Source of the DNA: a virus
Taxonomy: Duplodnaviria > Heunggongvirae > Uroviricota > Caudoviricetes
Reading direction: 5' to 3' (one strand)
IMG/VR virus record: IMGVR_UViG_3300032326_001208
Location: 1 to 64,000 of that record
Length of the DNA stretch: 64,000 bases
Part shown: positions 47,100 to 56,510 of the stretch, piece after piece
How positions within the stretch are numbered: position 1 is the first letter of the stretch
Layout of the letters: each line of letters opens with the position of its first letter
Translations under genes and position numbers: made by a program
The notes under the pieces: generated by a model
The model's input: the letters and a program-made list of their open reading frames with translations, nothing else
The model's database searches: none
What the model was told of the DNA's origin: nothing

Positions 47100-47448
47100 C
47101 AAAATAGGGGTTTCATAAGTGGTTGATTATCAATACGTTATAACTCGTTGATTATCAATATGTTAGGATTGGGGTGGGGTTTAGGGCTTGGATGTATTCG
47201 TATATATTCGTATTTTTGGGGTGTTTCTTGGGGTTATTTTTATCAGGTAGGGTTAAGATATGGACGAGGTGAAATAGGGGTTAAAATCGAACGGAAAGGG
47301 ACGAATATATAAAGTGTTGATTTTCAATGACTTATGTATGGGGTTAAAATATATCCATAATCGGTTGATTTCCAATCGAGAACTTTTAGGTAGAATTTGG
47401 TGGTCTCAATTAATTTTCGTAATTTTAGGTATAAAAGTTAAGTTAGAT
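47100..47448. promoter_or_regulatory. Operator repeats plus promoter
   Basis: gtggttgattatcaatacgttataactcgttgattatcaatatgtt; gtgttgattttcaatgacttatg; ggttgatttccaatcgag; then atttggtgg-N-ttttcgtaattttaggtataaaag. Confidence 0.5.
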
Positions 47449-47772
47449 ATGAGTAGAAAGAAACGTACAGATAGGAATCACATTATATACCTTATTACAA
47501 ATACCTTCAATGGTAACGAGTATATTGGTATTACGGCTTCAACCGGTCGAGCTTTCCTTCGTTCCGCAAAAGTTAGGTTACAAAAACATTTTAGTAGAGC
47601 GAGAAGGGAAAATTGGGATTGGAAGTTGTATATGGATATGGTGAACTACATTGATGATTTAGAATTGGTATATGAAGTATCGGTATTGGATGTAGTAAGA
47701 GGTAAAGAGGCCGCTCACATTAGAGAGATGGAGTTAGTTAAGAAACACAAACCCGCATTAAACACAAAGTAA
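47449..47772 (+). CDS. GIY-YIG nuclease domain protein (free-standing, 107 aa)
   Basis: HIIYLITNTFNGNEYIGIT ... R...KH ... E matches the GIY-YIG catalytic motif; trimmed to MSRKKRTD. Confidence 0.6.
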   Translation: MSRKKRTDRNHIIYLITNTFNGNEYIGITASTGRAFLRSAKVRLQKHFSRARRENWDWKLYMDMVNYIDDLELVYEVSVLDVVRGKEAAHIREMELVKKHKPALNTK

Positions 47773-47792
47773 TAAAATATAAAATTAAGATT

Positions 47793-48149
47793 ATGGCTAT
47801 GAAGTATGTAGATTCAATTAAGTTAAGTAAGAGTACTTGGAAACAGTTCTACAATGAGATAGAGAGGTTTTCACATTTCTCTAAACCTATTGATATATGG
47901 TTAGATGAAGTAACAAAGATTCCTTCCGATAGTTGCGAGGTAGTATATGTACCTATTAGTATCAAAAGTGAATTCGGTGGTGAACCCAATTACTTCTTTG
48001 TACGTTTCTTTGAGGTACGTCCTACACATACCAACACTATGACAAAGTATTGGGCGGATGATATCTATTCGTTCAAATCATTCAAAGGTGTATCGGGTAA
48101 GGATAGAACCAATATCCTAAAATTCGTTCAACAAAATTATTTAGTATAA
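47793..48149 (+). CDS. Hypothetical protein
   Basis: 118-aa ORF. Confidence 0.5.
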   Translation: MAMKYVDSIKLSKSTWKQFYNEIERFSHFSKPIDIWLDEVTKIPSDSCEVVYVPISIKSEFGGEPNYFFVRFFEVRPTHTNTMTKYWADDIYSFKSFKGVSGKDRTNILKFVQQNYLV

Positions 48150-48172
48150 ACAAACAATAAAAAACAAAGATT

Positions 48173-48481
48173 ATGAAAAGTTTTAAAGTTAGAGAAGGTA
48201 AGATGTTAGTAGATGGTGTGTACTATTCCGAAAACCCATCCGAATCACATATCAAAGGAAAAGTTGGACGTATCCATTCCATCAGTATTAGTGGGAAACA
48301 ATTCTTTCCGTATGGTGGAGAATTCATTGATGATACAATACCTACCACATCAGATAATACTGGTATAGTAGAGGAAACTAAACCGGCTAAAAAGGTAAAA
48401 AAGACGGAGTTGGTAGAGAGTTCATCCCCAGCTACCGATGAGAGTGGTAACCCTATTAAGAAAACACGTAAAACGAAATAG
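48173..48481 (+). CDS. Hypothetical protein
   Basis: 102-aa ORF. Confidence 0.45.
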   Translation: MKSFKVREGKMLVDGVYYSENPSESHIKGKVGRIHSISISGKQFFPYGGEFIDDTIPTTSDNTGIVEETKPAKKVKKTELVESSSPATDESGNPIKKTRKTK

Positions 48482-48482
48482 T

Positions 48483-48710
48483 ATGAGTATGTTATTAATT
48501 ATGATACTATTCCTATTCAATATGTTACTCGCTTTCTCTATAAAGATGATAGTGAACGATAAGACAGAAAGGAAGTATCTATCGTCTAAATGGGTAAGAT
48601 GGTTTCTATTAATACCACCTGTATCTATTGTACTATTTTTTAGTATGGTAGTGTTTGGTATATTCTATACTATCTATATGGCATTATCTTTATATCTGTC
48701 CAACGATTAA
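48483..48710 (+). CDS. Hypothetical membrane protein
   Basis: Trimmed to MSMLLIMILF; two TM helices. Confidence 0.4.
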   Translation: MSMLLIMILFLFNMLLAFSIKMIVNDKTERKYLSSKWVRWFLLIPPVSIVLFFSMVVFGIFYTIYMALSLYLSND

Positions 48711-48736
48711 TTAACTAAATTATAAAACCCCTTATT

Positions 48737-48982
48737 ATGAGTACAACTTATAACAACTACAATGATGTCCAAGCGTATGAGGCCTTGGAAACTGAAAGAA
48801 CAACTACTATGCTAAACCCTCAATACCAACAATGGAAGGCGGAGTTGAAGGTTTCTCAATCGTATGTTGACCCGGAAAGTACTATCAAAGCAAATTACCT
48901 CAACGACCAATATGATTTTTCGACTGTATCTCCGAAATCTTCATTTCCTAACTTTTTAAAACTGAAAGGTATATGGTCTTAA
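48737..48982 (+). CDS. Hypothetical protein
   Basis: 81 aa; preceded by aaaccccttattATG. Confidence 0.4.
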   Translation: MSTTYNNYNDVQAYEALETERTTTMLNPQYQQWKAELKVSQSYVDPESTIKANYLNDQYDFSTVSPKSSFPNFLKLKGIWS

Positions 48983-49332
48983 ATATAGAAGGTATCAACA
49001 AACTTACCGGTCACCATTTCCATAATCGTACTATTGAAAAGATAACCGTAGAGAAAGGTGAGCTATTTAATGGGAGTGCGTATGTATTCCACTTTCCGGC
49101 AATACCTTTCATAACCAAAACCAATAGGCCATGGAAACAATGGGAAGATAGTTTCAAAATTTATCTTTACCGAAACCCAAACGTATCTGGTAAGTACGAA
49201 TTGTTTTGGATGGGATTACATGGTGTAACGATTGAGTATTTGGATGTAGATGATATAAAGAAATTTGGATACTTCATCGCTTGTATGCATGAAGTTGTTC
49301 GTAAAGGTAAAAAGTATTGGGATGAAAACTAA
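48973..49332 (+). CDS. MLTIEN-family protein 10 (divergent N-terminus MVLNIEGINKLTG)
   Basis: First gene of array 2. Confidence 0.5.
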   Translation: MVLNIEGINKLTGHHFHNRTIEKITVEKGELFNGSAYVFHFPAIPFITKTNRPWKQWEDSFKIYLYRNPNVSGKYELFWMGLHGVTIEYLDVDDIKKFGYFIACMHEVVRKGKKYWDEN

Positions 49333-49423
49333 AAAGAAAAACGATTGGACTACAATGAAAATGTTAGGAGTGTATTTGCTTATACTCTTATTAATGTTAT
49401 TGATATCCTGCTAAACATATAAG

Positions 49424-49795
49424 ATGAGATTAATTATTGATGGTGTTGAAAAGTTGGGTGGATGGACCGATGATAGGATATCGGTATTATATTGCGTTTC
49501 TCAAAGAGATTTATATGCTATTGAGTTTATGTACAATGATGGTATAGAGAACCACATTTATTATCTTATCATTATGAGAAGTTCAGCCCATCCAAAAGAA
49601 TTGGGTTGGGGTTGTTATTTAGTTAATCACTCCAAAGATATGGCGTATCCTTTAAGAATTAGTTCCGATTCCATTAGTTCTAAAAGAGTAATGATGGGTT
49701 CATTGAGAACGTTTGGTGAAACACTTACAAATGGTAGTTTGAATGGCGCTAGTATTAAACAATATAATGATATTAAAAACTTAGTATTCGGATGA
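49424..49795 (+). CDS. MLTIEN-family protein 11 (divergent N-terminus MRLIIDGVEKLGG)
   Basis: Size and placement match the family. Confidence 0.45.
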   Translation: MRLIIDGVEKLGGWTDDRISVLYCVSQRDLYAIEFMYNDGIENHIYYLIIMRSSAHPKELGWGCYLVNHSKDMAYPLRISSDSISSKRVMMGSLRTFGETLTNGSLNGASIKQYNDIKNLVFG

Positions 49796-50172
49796 TAACA
49801 ATAAAGAATATAGAAAAATTAGTAGGTAGTAAAATAAAACTTCAAAACTTATACGTCCCTTCTGAATTATTAGAATGGGAGTGTGAGCGGGTTATTGAAT
49901 TTCCGGGTGATGTAACTGCAGTAACAGGTGAGACGGATGAATCATACCGATTTGAATATAAAGCCGTTTCGGATTATGATGTACCACTTTGTATCTATCT
50001 TCGTAGAACGCCGGATGAAAAAGGAATATACCAAATGGAAAATAATTTAATGGATAGTGATGATTGGTTAAAGATATCACAAATAAAGGATATGAAACTA
50101 TTTCAAAACAATTTAGAGATGTACGCAACCAAAGTGATAATGAGATGGGCTAAAGACCAAAATTTAATTTAA
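49792..50172 (+). CDS. MLTIEN-family protein 12 (MITIKNIEKLVGSK)
   Basis: ATGA overlap with the upstream gene. Confidence 0.55.
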   Translation: MITIKNIEKLVGSKIKLQNLYVPSELLEWECERVIEFPGDVTAVTGETDESYRFEYKAVSDYDVPLCIYLRRTPDEKGIYQMENNLMDSDDWLKISQIKDMKLFQNNLEMYATKVIMRWAKDQNLI

Positions 50173-50173
50173 G

Positions 50174-50506
50174 ATGCTAACAATAGAAAACATAAAATCA
50201 TTGGATGGAACAAAGCTAGGTTATTGGAAAGTGAGTGAGGCTGAAGCTAGTAGACCTACTAAGTGGTGTATGACTGAACACTATTGTATTAGATTGCATA
50301 GAGATGGTGAAGCTGCTGCTATCCTAATTTGGAGAAACATAAACCCCTTAACCAAACAATACCATGTCGATGTATGTTATGATGATTTTACTAATAAGAT
50401 ATACGAAGGTGCTTTTTCTAAGAAGGTGATTATGGATAAGGCACACTTCTTAGCTTCTATGATGGGATGGATAAAAGCGGAACATGCATTACGAAATAAA
50501 AAATAA
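50174..50506 (+). CDS. MLTIEN-family protein 13
   Basis: MLTIENIKSLDG; taagATGctaacaatagaaaacat. Confidence 0.6.
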   Translation: MLTIENIKSLDGTKLGYWKVSEAEASRPTKWCMTEHYCIRLHRDGEAAAILIWRNINPLTKQYHVDVCYDDFTNKIYEGAFSKKVIMDKAHFLASMMGWIKAEHALRNKK

Positions 50507-50509
50507 AAT

Positions 50510-50869
50510 ATGCTAACGATAGATAACATAAGAGATTTGAATGGAGCCCAACTGAACGATTGGAAGGTATTGGATGTTGGTGAATCGGGTGCAAATGTAC
50601 CTGGCCAACCAAAGGATTATTATAAGATTGTATTTGCTAGGATGGATAATACCGGTAGAGTGTTGGATGAAAGAGCTGGTATCCTTATAGATAGAAATCA
50701 AAATACTCAATCAAAATATAAGATTGTTATAGTGTACGAGGAATGGAGTACTATAATATACGAAACCGAATTGAGTAAGGAATCTATTGGTAAGAAAGAT
50801 ACATTCTTTGGATTGATATTGTATAGGATTAATGATGAATATTATAGTAGAAGAAAGATGAAACCATAA
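50510..50869 (+). CDS. MLTIEN-family protein 14
   Basis: MLTIDNIRDLNG. Confidence 0.6.
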   Translation: MLTIDNIRDLNGAQLNDWKVLDVGESGANVPGQPKDYYKIVFARMDNTGRVLDERAGILIDRNQNTQSKYKIVIVYEEWSTIIYETELSKESIGKKDTFFGLILYRINDEYYSRRKMKP

Positions 50870-50946
50870 CTATCAATTAAATCAAACCTAAAAAAATCTT
50901 AAATTCGACCCGATGGGGAGTGGATGATATAGATGAACTGAATTAT

Positions 50947-51270
50947 ATGCTAACAATAGAAAACATATTGAAATTAGAAGGGAGACCTTTGGCAGATGGT
51001 TGGACAATACAACTGATATATGAAGCTACACATAACGATTGCTATGTGTTTGAATTGGTTAAGGATTTGGGATTGGGTGGATTCACAACAAGACATAAAA
51101 TTATGTTGGAGAGAACAGGTCATAGAATATTTGGACAACCTGGCTTATCGTACTTCTTCATATTCAATTCATACAGAACTAATGTATGTGTTTCTGCAGA
51201 TTTCATATCGGATAAAGATAATATGATAAGTGAATTGGAACGTATAATGATGAACAGAGAAAAATTATAA
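50947..51270 (+). CDS. MLTIEN-family protein 15
   Basis: Trimmed to MLTIENILKLEG. Confidence 0.6.
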   Translation: MLTIENILKLEGRPLADGWTIQLIYEATHNDCYVFELVKDLGLGGFTTRHKIMLERTGHRIFGQPGLSYFFIFNSYRTNVCVSADFISDKDNMISELERIMMNREKL

Positions 51271-51271
51271 A

Positions 51272-51547
51272 ATGCTAACAATACAAAACATAAATACATT
51301 GGCCGGCAAGTATATAGGCCATTGGAAGATACATAACTTATCAATAGGAGATGATATCTACTATATAAAGACAATACACAATGGTTCACCTTTTGATATG
51401 TTTAACCTTTGTATTGATAGGAAGAAAACAAAGCATGGTGATTATCATGTCTATTGTTTAGAAACACAAAAAGAACATTATCTACCAATAGAGTGTATGG
51501 GAGATAGAGATGAGTTTGTAAGATTTTTAATAGATGAATTAATATAA
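51272..51547 (+). CDS. MLTIEN-family protein 16
   Basis: MLTIQNINTLAG. Confidence 0.6.
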   Translation: MLTIQNINTLAGKYIGHWKIHNLSIGDDIYYIKTIHNGSPFDMFNLCIDRKKTKHGDYHVYCLETQKEHYLPIECMGDRDEFVRFLIDELI

Positions 51548-51548
51548 C

Positions 51549-51851
51549 ATGCTAACAATATTAAATGTAAATAAATTAAACCAATATGCCTTTGATAAAC
51601 ATTGGTTGGTGGATAGTATTCGTGAAACTGACATTTGGTATCATTTCGTATTGTACCATAAAAATCCACTAACAGGTAAAATAGATGATATAAGGAAATT
51701 ATCTCTTAATAGAGTTGCTGAAAGTAGTGGAGAATATAAATTTGCATTAGATGATGAACGAATAGGATATGCAGTAACGCTTGACTATATAAAAGATATA
51801 AATAATTTAGTAAACAAATTCACCGAAATAATGGGTGGGTTACAAAGATAA
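51549..51851 (+). CDS. MLTIEN-family protein 17
   Basis: MLTILNVNKLNQ. Confidence 0.6.
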   Translation: MLTILNVNKLNQYAFDKHWLVDSIRETDIWYHFVLYHKNPLTGKIDDIRKLSLNRVAESSGEYKFALDDERIGYAVTLDYIKDINNLVNKFTEIMGGLQR

Positions 51852-51857
51852 ATAACT

Positions 51858-52127
51858 ATGATAGCACTGAAAATTATTTTAATACTTTACTACATTATAT
51901 CAGTAGGGTATATCATTCATTACTTAATATCAGAAGCATATGAGTCCGATGAACTGACTGTAGCTAAATTAATTGGATACATAATAACTCCAATGTTTAT
52001 GGGGCCGTTCGTCTTTCCTATCTTTTTAAGTGAGAAATTAGATGAAATAAAAATAAGAAAAAAGAAACCAAATAAAACATATTATTCAAAACAAAACGAT
52101 ATAATAAATGAAGAAGTTAGATATTAG
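51858..52127 (+). CDS. Hypothetical membrane protein inside array 2
   Basis: 89 aa, two TM helices; not a family member. Confidence 0.4.
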   Translation: MIALKIILILYYIISVGYIIHYLISEAYESDELTVAKLIGYIITPMFMGPFVFPIFLSEKLDEIKIRKKKPNKTYYSKQNDIINEEVRY

Positions 52128-52419
52128 TAATTACGCAGATTTGAAAGATTACCAAATACAAAATTGGGTAATATATCTTGTACAAGAAACCAATACCAAT
52201 TATCTATTTAAATTGAAACGTATTGATGGTGATACTACGCATGCCGCAGTCTTGTTCAAAAGAGAAATTACAGATGGTAAAGTTGAAGTTAGTGTTATGT
52301 ATCGTTCTTATTCGGATGTAATTTACGAAGCGAATGTACCACTTTCCGATTTTAAGAATAAAGAAAAGTTTTGGTTGAGAATGGAATCTTATATTGAAGC
52401 AAAGCACAAAAGCATATAG
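52108..52419 (+). CDS. MLTIEN-family-like protein 18 (MKKLDISNYADL)
   Basis: About 100 aa at a family position; divergent start. Confidence 0.45.
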   Translation: MKKLDISNYADLKDYQIQNWVIYLVQETNTNYLFKLKRIDGDTTHAAVLFKREITDGKVEVSVMYRSYSDVIYEANVPLSDFKNKEKFWLRMESYIEAKHKSI

Positions 52420-52421
52420 AA

Positions 52422-53072
52422 ATGTTAAAGTTAGAAAACATAGATAAATTAATTGGACATAAATTGTACGATTGGGAATGTACCGATGTTGTTGATGAGG
52501 CTGATGAATATACTATCAGATTTCGTAGTAGTTCGTATCGTGCTTATGAAATTGAATTTCATTTAATTAAAAAAGATGATATTGCAAAAGGATTATACCA
52601 ATTGTATGGTGAGTTATACGAATCTTTAAGTTTTTCAAGAGTGTGTATTAAAAATACATCTAATAATGTAACTAGAGGTGAGTTACAATCAAAAACCGAT
52701 TTTCTAATTGTATTGAAAACTCCCATACGAATACTTGAAAAAGATATTGAAGTACGAATGACGAGAAAAGCGTTTAATACTTCTTCGTTGGCATCTAATA
52801 AGTTTGTTAGTAATGGTATGTACGGTTCACCATTTGGTAAAACAATTCCAACTCCACCACCAATTTCATGGCGTGGTGCACCGGATTGGTATGTAAGTGA
52901 AAGTGAAACTGAACTTAAAAAACCTACATTGTGGGAAACATTTAAAGAAATGGTTAATTGGGATAAATGGATTACTATATTATTTCCAATTAAACAATCA
53001 TACGATGCCGTAAAAGAATTGTATGAAGAAAAGAAACCAAAAAAGATAAGAGCTAAAAAAGCAGCATTTTAA
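52422..53072 (+). CDS. MLTIEN-family protein 19 with a C-terminal extension (216 aa)
   Basis: MLKLENIDKLIGHK; extra 100 aa ending in a Lys-rich tail. Confidence 0.55.
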   Translation: MLKLENIDKLIGHKLYDWECTDVVDEADEYTIRFRSSSYRAYEIEFHLIKKDDIAKGLYQLYGELYESLSFSRVCIKNTSNNVTRGELQSKTDFLIVLKTPIRILEKDIEVRMTRKAFNTSSLASNKFVSNGMYGSPFGKTIPTPPPISWRGAPDWYVSESETELKKPTLWETFKEMVNWDKWITILFPIKQSYDAVKELYEEKKPKKIRAKKAAF

Positions 53073-53073
53073 T

Positions 53074-53382
53074 ATGAAATTAATAATACAAAATTACGAT
53101 AAGATAGTAACAGCGATGTTTCATAAAGAAAGATTTATTTGTACTGAAGCTATTGAAACGGATACAAATTATAGATTTCAATTCAGAGATGATAGTTCTG
53201 GTGTACACCGTTATATTTGGATTGAGGTAAGTAAGATTGGGCATTATAATGATATTGAGAAGGCATGGGAATACCGATTAAACTATCCTAATTGTCCAAT
53301 TCATATTATAACTGCGAAATGGTTTGGAAAATTTACAAATGTGATGAGAACGTTTAGTAGTTGCTTAAAGGCATCAATGTAA
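53074..53382 (+). CDS. MLTIEN-family-like protein 20 (MKLIIQNYDKIV)
   Basis: Related N-terminus (IQNYDK). Confidence 0.5.
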   Translation: MKLIIQNYDKIVTAMFHKERFICTEAIETDTNYRFQFRDDSSGVHRYIWIEVSKIGHYNDIEKAWEYRLNYPNCPIHIITAKWFGKFTNVMRTFSSCLKASM

Positions 53383-53383
53383 T

Positions 53384-53854
53384 ATGAGAATAAATAAATT
53401 AAAAGGTGGGTTTAGACCTAACCAACTTATTAGAAAAGGATATAGTAAACCAATCAATCCTAAAAACTATGGAAAGGTTATAGTAACAGTTACACCAAAA
53501 GAACCAAATATGAAAAAGAAAAAATTACATATACAAAATTACGATAAAGAACTTACTACGATGATTTTTTGGGGATGGGATATTCTATCTGCGGATGAAT
53601 CGGAAGAAGTATATACATTTCAACTTGTACATAGAGAAGATAAAAAATTGAGAGTATATATTACTTTGGGTAGAGAACTTCAAGTTGCACCTGTACCATA
53701 TTATCCAGAAATGATGTATCAAGTTTATATTAACGATGATAAAGGTGAATGGGATTATAGGGGTTGGTTTAGAGGGCATGATTTGAACTATAAAAACTTT
53801 TGGGGAGTGATAGAAGAAGTAGTTGATAAATACCATCCATTAATACCTTTTTAA
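53384..53854 (+). CDS. MLTIEN-family-like protein 21 with an N-terminal extension
   Basis: An internal MKKKKLHIQNYDKEL segment at codon 43 matches the start of protein 20; the true start may be 53510. Confidence 0.45.
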   Translation: MRINKLKGGFRPNQLIRKGYSKPINPKNYGKVIVTVTPKEPNMKKKKLHIQNYDKELTTMIFWGWDILSADESEEVYTFQLVHREDKKLRVYITLGRELQVAPVPYYPEMMYQVYINDDKGEWDYRGWFRGHDLNYKNFWGVIEEVVDKYHPLIPF

Positions 53855-53856
53855 TT

Positions 53857-54162
53857 ATGCTAACAATAGAAAATTTTAAGAAGATACAAAACCAATGGTA
53901 TGGTGATTGGCAGATTGGTAGAACCGATGAAGGTAAACAACATTATGCTTTGCAGGTCAGACACAAAGATGGTAAACGTACAGCAACATTAGTTATATTT
54001 AGGGAAGGTAAATTGGATTCGGAATGGGGTGAAGTTACTTATGATATAAAATTAATGGATGATGATGTTGGTAATATAATAGAAGATATTATATATAAAG
54101 GAGTATTAGACGATATGGAATTATTTGGTGAGGCATTAGTAGTTTATTTAAACACAATATAA
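53857..54162 (+). CDS. MLTIEN-family protein 22
   Basis: MLTIENFKKIQN; ttaattATGctaacaatagaaaat. Confidence 0.6.
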   Translation: MLTIENFKKIQNQWYGDWQIGRTDEGKQHYALQVRHKDGKRTATLVIFREGKLDSEWGEVTYDIKLMDDDVGNIIEDIIYKGVLDDMELFGEALVVYLNTI

Positions 54163-54163
54163 A

Positions 54164-54670
54164 ATGGAAAATTTAAAAAGATTAATTAACGATGTAGAAG
54201 GATTTCCGATTGACGGAGTAACTTTTAGGGATATAACACCACTCCTTTCAGATGGTAGAGCATTTCAATCTGCGATAGATGAAATGGTGGTTTTAATAGA
54301 TGAAAACTTTCCATGTCATTCGGTTGCAGGAATAGAGGCAAGAGGATTTATATTTGCTTCCGCAATCGCAGGAGTAGATAGTAAAGGATTCGTTCCTATT
54401 CGTAAGGCAGGCAAGTTACCACCACCTACAATAAAAATAGATTCATCCAAAGAGTATGGGCATGATGTATTAGAGGTTAAAGAAGGTAAAGGTGATATAG
54501 TGATTGTAGATGATGTTCTTGCTACTGGCGGAACTCTACTTGCGGCAGAGGAACTATTGAGGTTAGCTGGGTATAATGTGATTGGGGCAGTAACCCTTAT
54601 TGATTTAACCTATTTACACGGAGATATCCGAATTGGTGGTAAAAATGTGGTATCCTTAATAAAATATTAA
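54164..54670 (+). CDS. apt: Adenine phosphoribosyltransferase
   Basis: GVTFRDITPLL ... VAGIEARGFIFASAIA ... GFVPIRKAGKLP ... IVIVDDVLATGGTL is collinear with bacterial APRT. Confidence 0.85.
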   Translation: MENLKRLINDVEGFPIDGVTFRDITPLLSDGRAFQSAIDEMVVLIDENFPCHSVAGIEARGFIFASAIAGVDSKGFVPIRKAGKLPPPTIKIDSSKEYGHDVLEVKEGKGDIVIVDDVLATGGTLLAAEELLRLAGYNVIGAVTLIDLTYLHGDIRIGGKNVVSLIKY

Positions 54671-54839
54671 AAAAGATTTGGCCGTTTGGAAAAATCTTCG
54701 TATATTTGTTATAACAAAGTACATAAAGTATGTTTGTGGGTGGGGATTTCCCCTAAAACTCAAAGGTCTATTTCGTTTCATACCTGTTGACAAACAAAAC
54801 TGAAACACTAAACATTAAAAGCCGGAAGGCACTATTATT
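54671..54839 (+). promoter_or_regulatory. Promoter with a long leader
   Basis: atttggccgtttggaaaaatcttcgtatatttgttat (TTTGG-N19-TATATTTG) about 120 nt upstream of the ATG at 54840. Confidence 0.55.
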
Positions 54840-56477
54840 ATGGTAAGTAAAACAAAAACTACCAATTCATCTATTATTGATGAGTTGAAGGATGCTGTGA
54901 TAGACTATCAAAAAGCATCAAGCGTAGCAGCACAACAAAAAGTAAAAAAAGCTGCAAAATTTGAAAAAGAAGTTGAAACACTTCTAAGAAAGTATGGGTT
55001 GTTGCCCAATCAAAAAGATAGTAAAGGAGATTATATCTCACTTACTGGTTCTCCATTCAAAACTAAATTCTTTCCGAATTACATCACAACCGATGCGGGT
55101 GTAAAGATGGTACATCAGAAATTAACCGATTTCTGGGTTCCAAAGTATAACCTATTGGTTGAATGTACAACTTCAATATCAGACACGAAGGAGAAAGAGT
55201 TTTATATCTCAAAACAATCCGTTGATGAGATGAATAAACAAAATTACGGTGGTATAACACATGATTATGTTGTATTTGTGCAATCACCCGCAGCCGATAT
55301 TATGGCTAAAAGATTGGAGAAAGCAGGAGTGAAGATAATATATTCATTACCTAATATTGAAAAATATATTGCTGAAAAAGCATCGGAAAAAATTGAAATT
55401 AAACAATTGAATGTTGGCGTTATTGAATACCATCAAATAGATGATATTGTAAAAAATACGGTAAATAGAGAAACTAATTGGCCGCATGTTTGGAACTTAG
55501 TAGAATCAATACTAACTATATTAGGAAAATCCAAAGTACAAGTAGGAATTATTAGACCATTTACTGCAATCAAAGTTAATGGTGAGGTTTGTTTAGTAGA
55601 TGCACATCACCTTAGAGAAGCAGTTAAAATTGTAAGGGATATGTATGGATATCAAATAGATAAAGTACCTGTTATGATATTGGCACATCTTAACAATGTT
55701 CATCCAGAAGAGGTGACTCAACTTATGAGTTCTATTAATGTAATTGTATTGAATTGGGATAATTTTGGTTATGTGAAAAGTTGGAAAACAACTTATGAAA
55801 TGACAAAAAATGATGAAGCATTATATCCTTATAAGAAATTATTTGATGATATGATTGAATTATCCAAAGATTTAAAATCTAAAGATTATACAACCGGTGG
55901 TGTAAACCTTCAGGCGTATTGTATTGAAGATTCCGAATCCATTTCAAAGTGGGGAGAGAATCTAAAAAATATGAAAACCGGTAATTTACGTTTTGATGAA
56001 GAACATTATGAAAACGTGTTGGTTAAAATTAAAAACGCAACAAAGACTTTTCACAAAGCTATTGTTGCACATAGAGAGGCTATGGCAAAACATCCTAGTC
56101 ATAGAAAAGGTGGTAAGTTGATTATCATATCCGGAAATGGAGCTAAGAAAGTAACCGAATCAATTGATTTAGTATCGGCTAAAGCAAACTATCTTAGACA
56201 ATTCGCAACATCTCTAAAATCTCTATATTTCACAAATAGAGATGTGTTTGATAAAGCGGTTGATAATATTAATGAGGGGTTCTGGAAAAAGGTTGGATTA
56301 CCTACACCAACGTTAAACGAAATGAACGTTATTGAATATGATTCAATCAGAGAGTTTCCAAAGAAACCAAATGAACTCAAAGAGTTTATTGAGGGTTCTT
56401 TTACAAAAGATAAAGTAACAAACATTAAAAATTGGAACAAAAGCCAGTTAGCAAAATATGTAACTTTTATGTATTAA
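54840..56477 (+). CDS. Large hypothetical protein (545 aa)
   Basis: Long uninterrupted ORF with its own promoter and terminator; no motif recognised. Confidence 0.6.
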   Translation: MVSKTKTTNSSIIDELKDAVIDYQKASSVAAQQKVKKAAKFEKEVETLLRKYGLLPNQKDSKGDYISLTGSPFKTKFFPNYITTDAGVKMVHQKLTDFWVPKYNLLVECTTSISDTKEKEFYISKQSVDEMNKQNYGGITHDYVVFVQSPAADIMAKRLEKAGVKIIYSLPNIEKYIAEKASEKIEIKQLNVGVIEYHQIDDIVKNTVNRETNWPHVWNLVESILTILGKSKVQVGIIRPFTAIKVNGEVCLVDAHHLREAVKIVRDMYGYQIDKVPVMILAHLNNVHPEEVTQLMSSINVIVLNWDNFGYVKSWKTTYEMTKNDEALYPYKKLFDDMIELSKDLKSKDYTTGGVNLQAYCIEDSESISKWGENLKNMKTGNLRFDEEHYENVLVKIKNATKTFHKAIVAHREAMAKHPSHRKGGKLIIISGNGAKKVTESIDLVSAKANYLRQFATSLKSLYFTNRDVFDKAVDNINEGFWKKVGLPTPTLNEMNVIEYDSIREFPKKPNELKEFIEGSFTKDKVTNIKNWNKSQLAKYVTFMY

Positions 56478-56485
56478 TAATCAAA

Positions 56486-56510
56486 GGGGAGTTTAATCGC
56501 TCCCCTTTTT
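56486..56510 (+). terminator. Rho-independent terminator
   Basis: aaaggggagtttaatcgctccccttttt. Confidence 0.75.

Noticed and set aside
36584-54162. T4-style capsid-targeting-sequence cleavage site (L/I-x-E) in MLTIEN N-termini
   Set aside because: The T-I-E-N arrangement does not fit the (L/I)-x-E spacing; the targeting-signal idea is kept only as a hypothesis without claiming the T4 motif.
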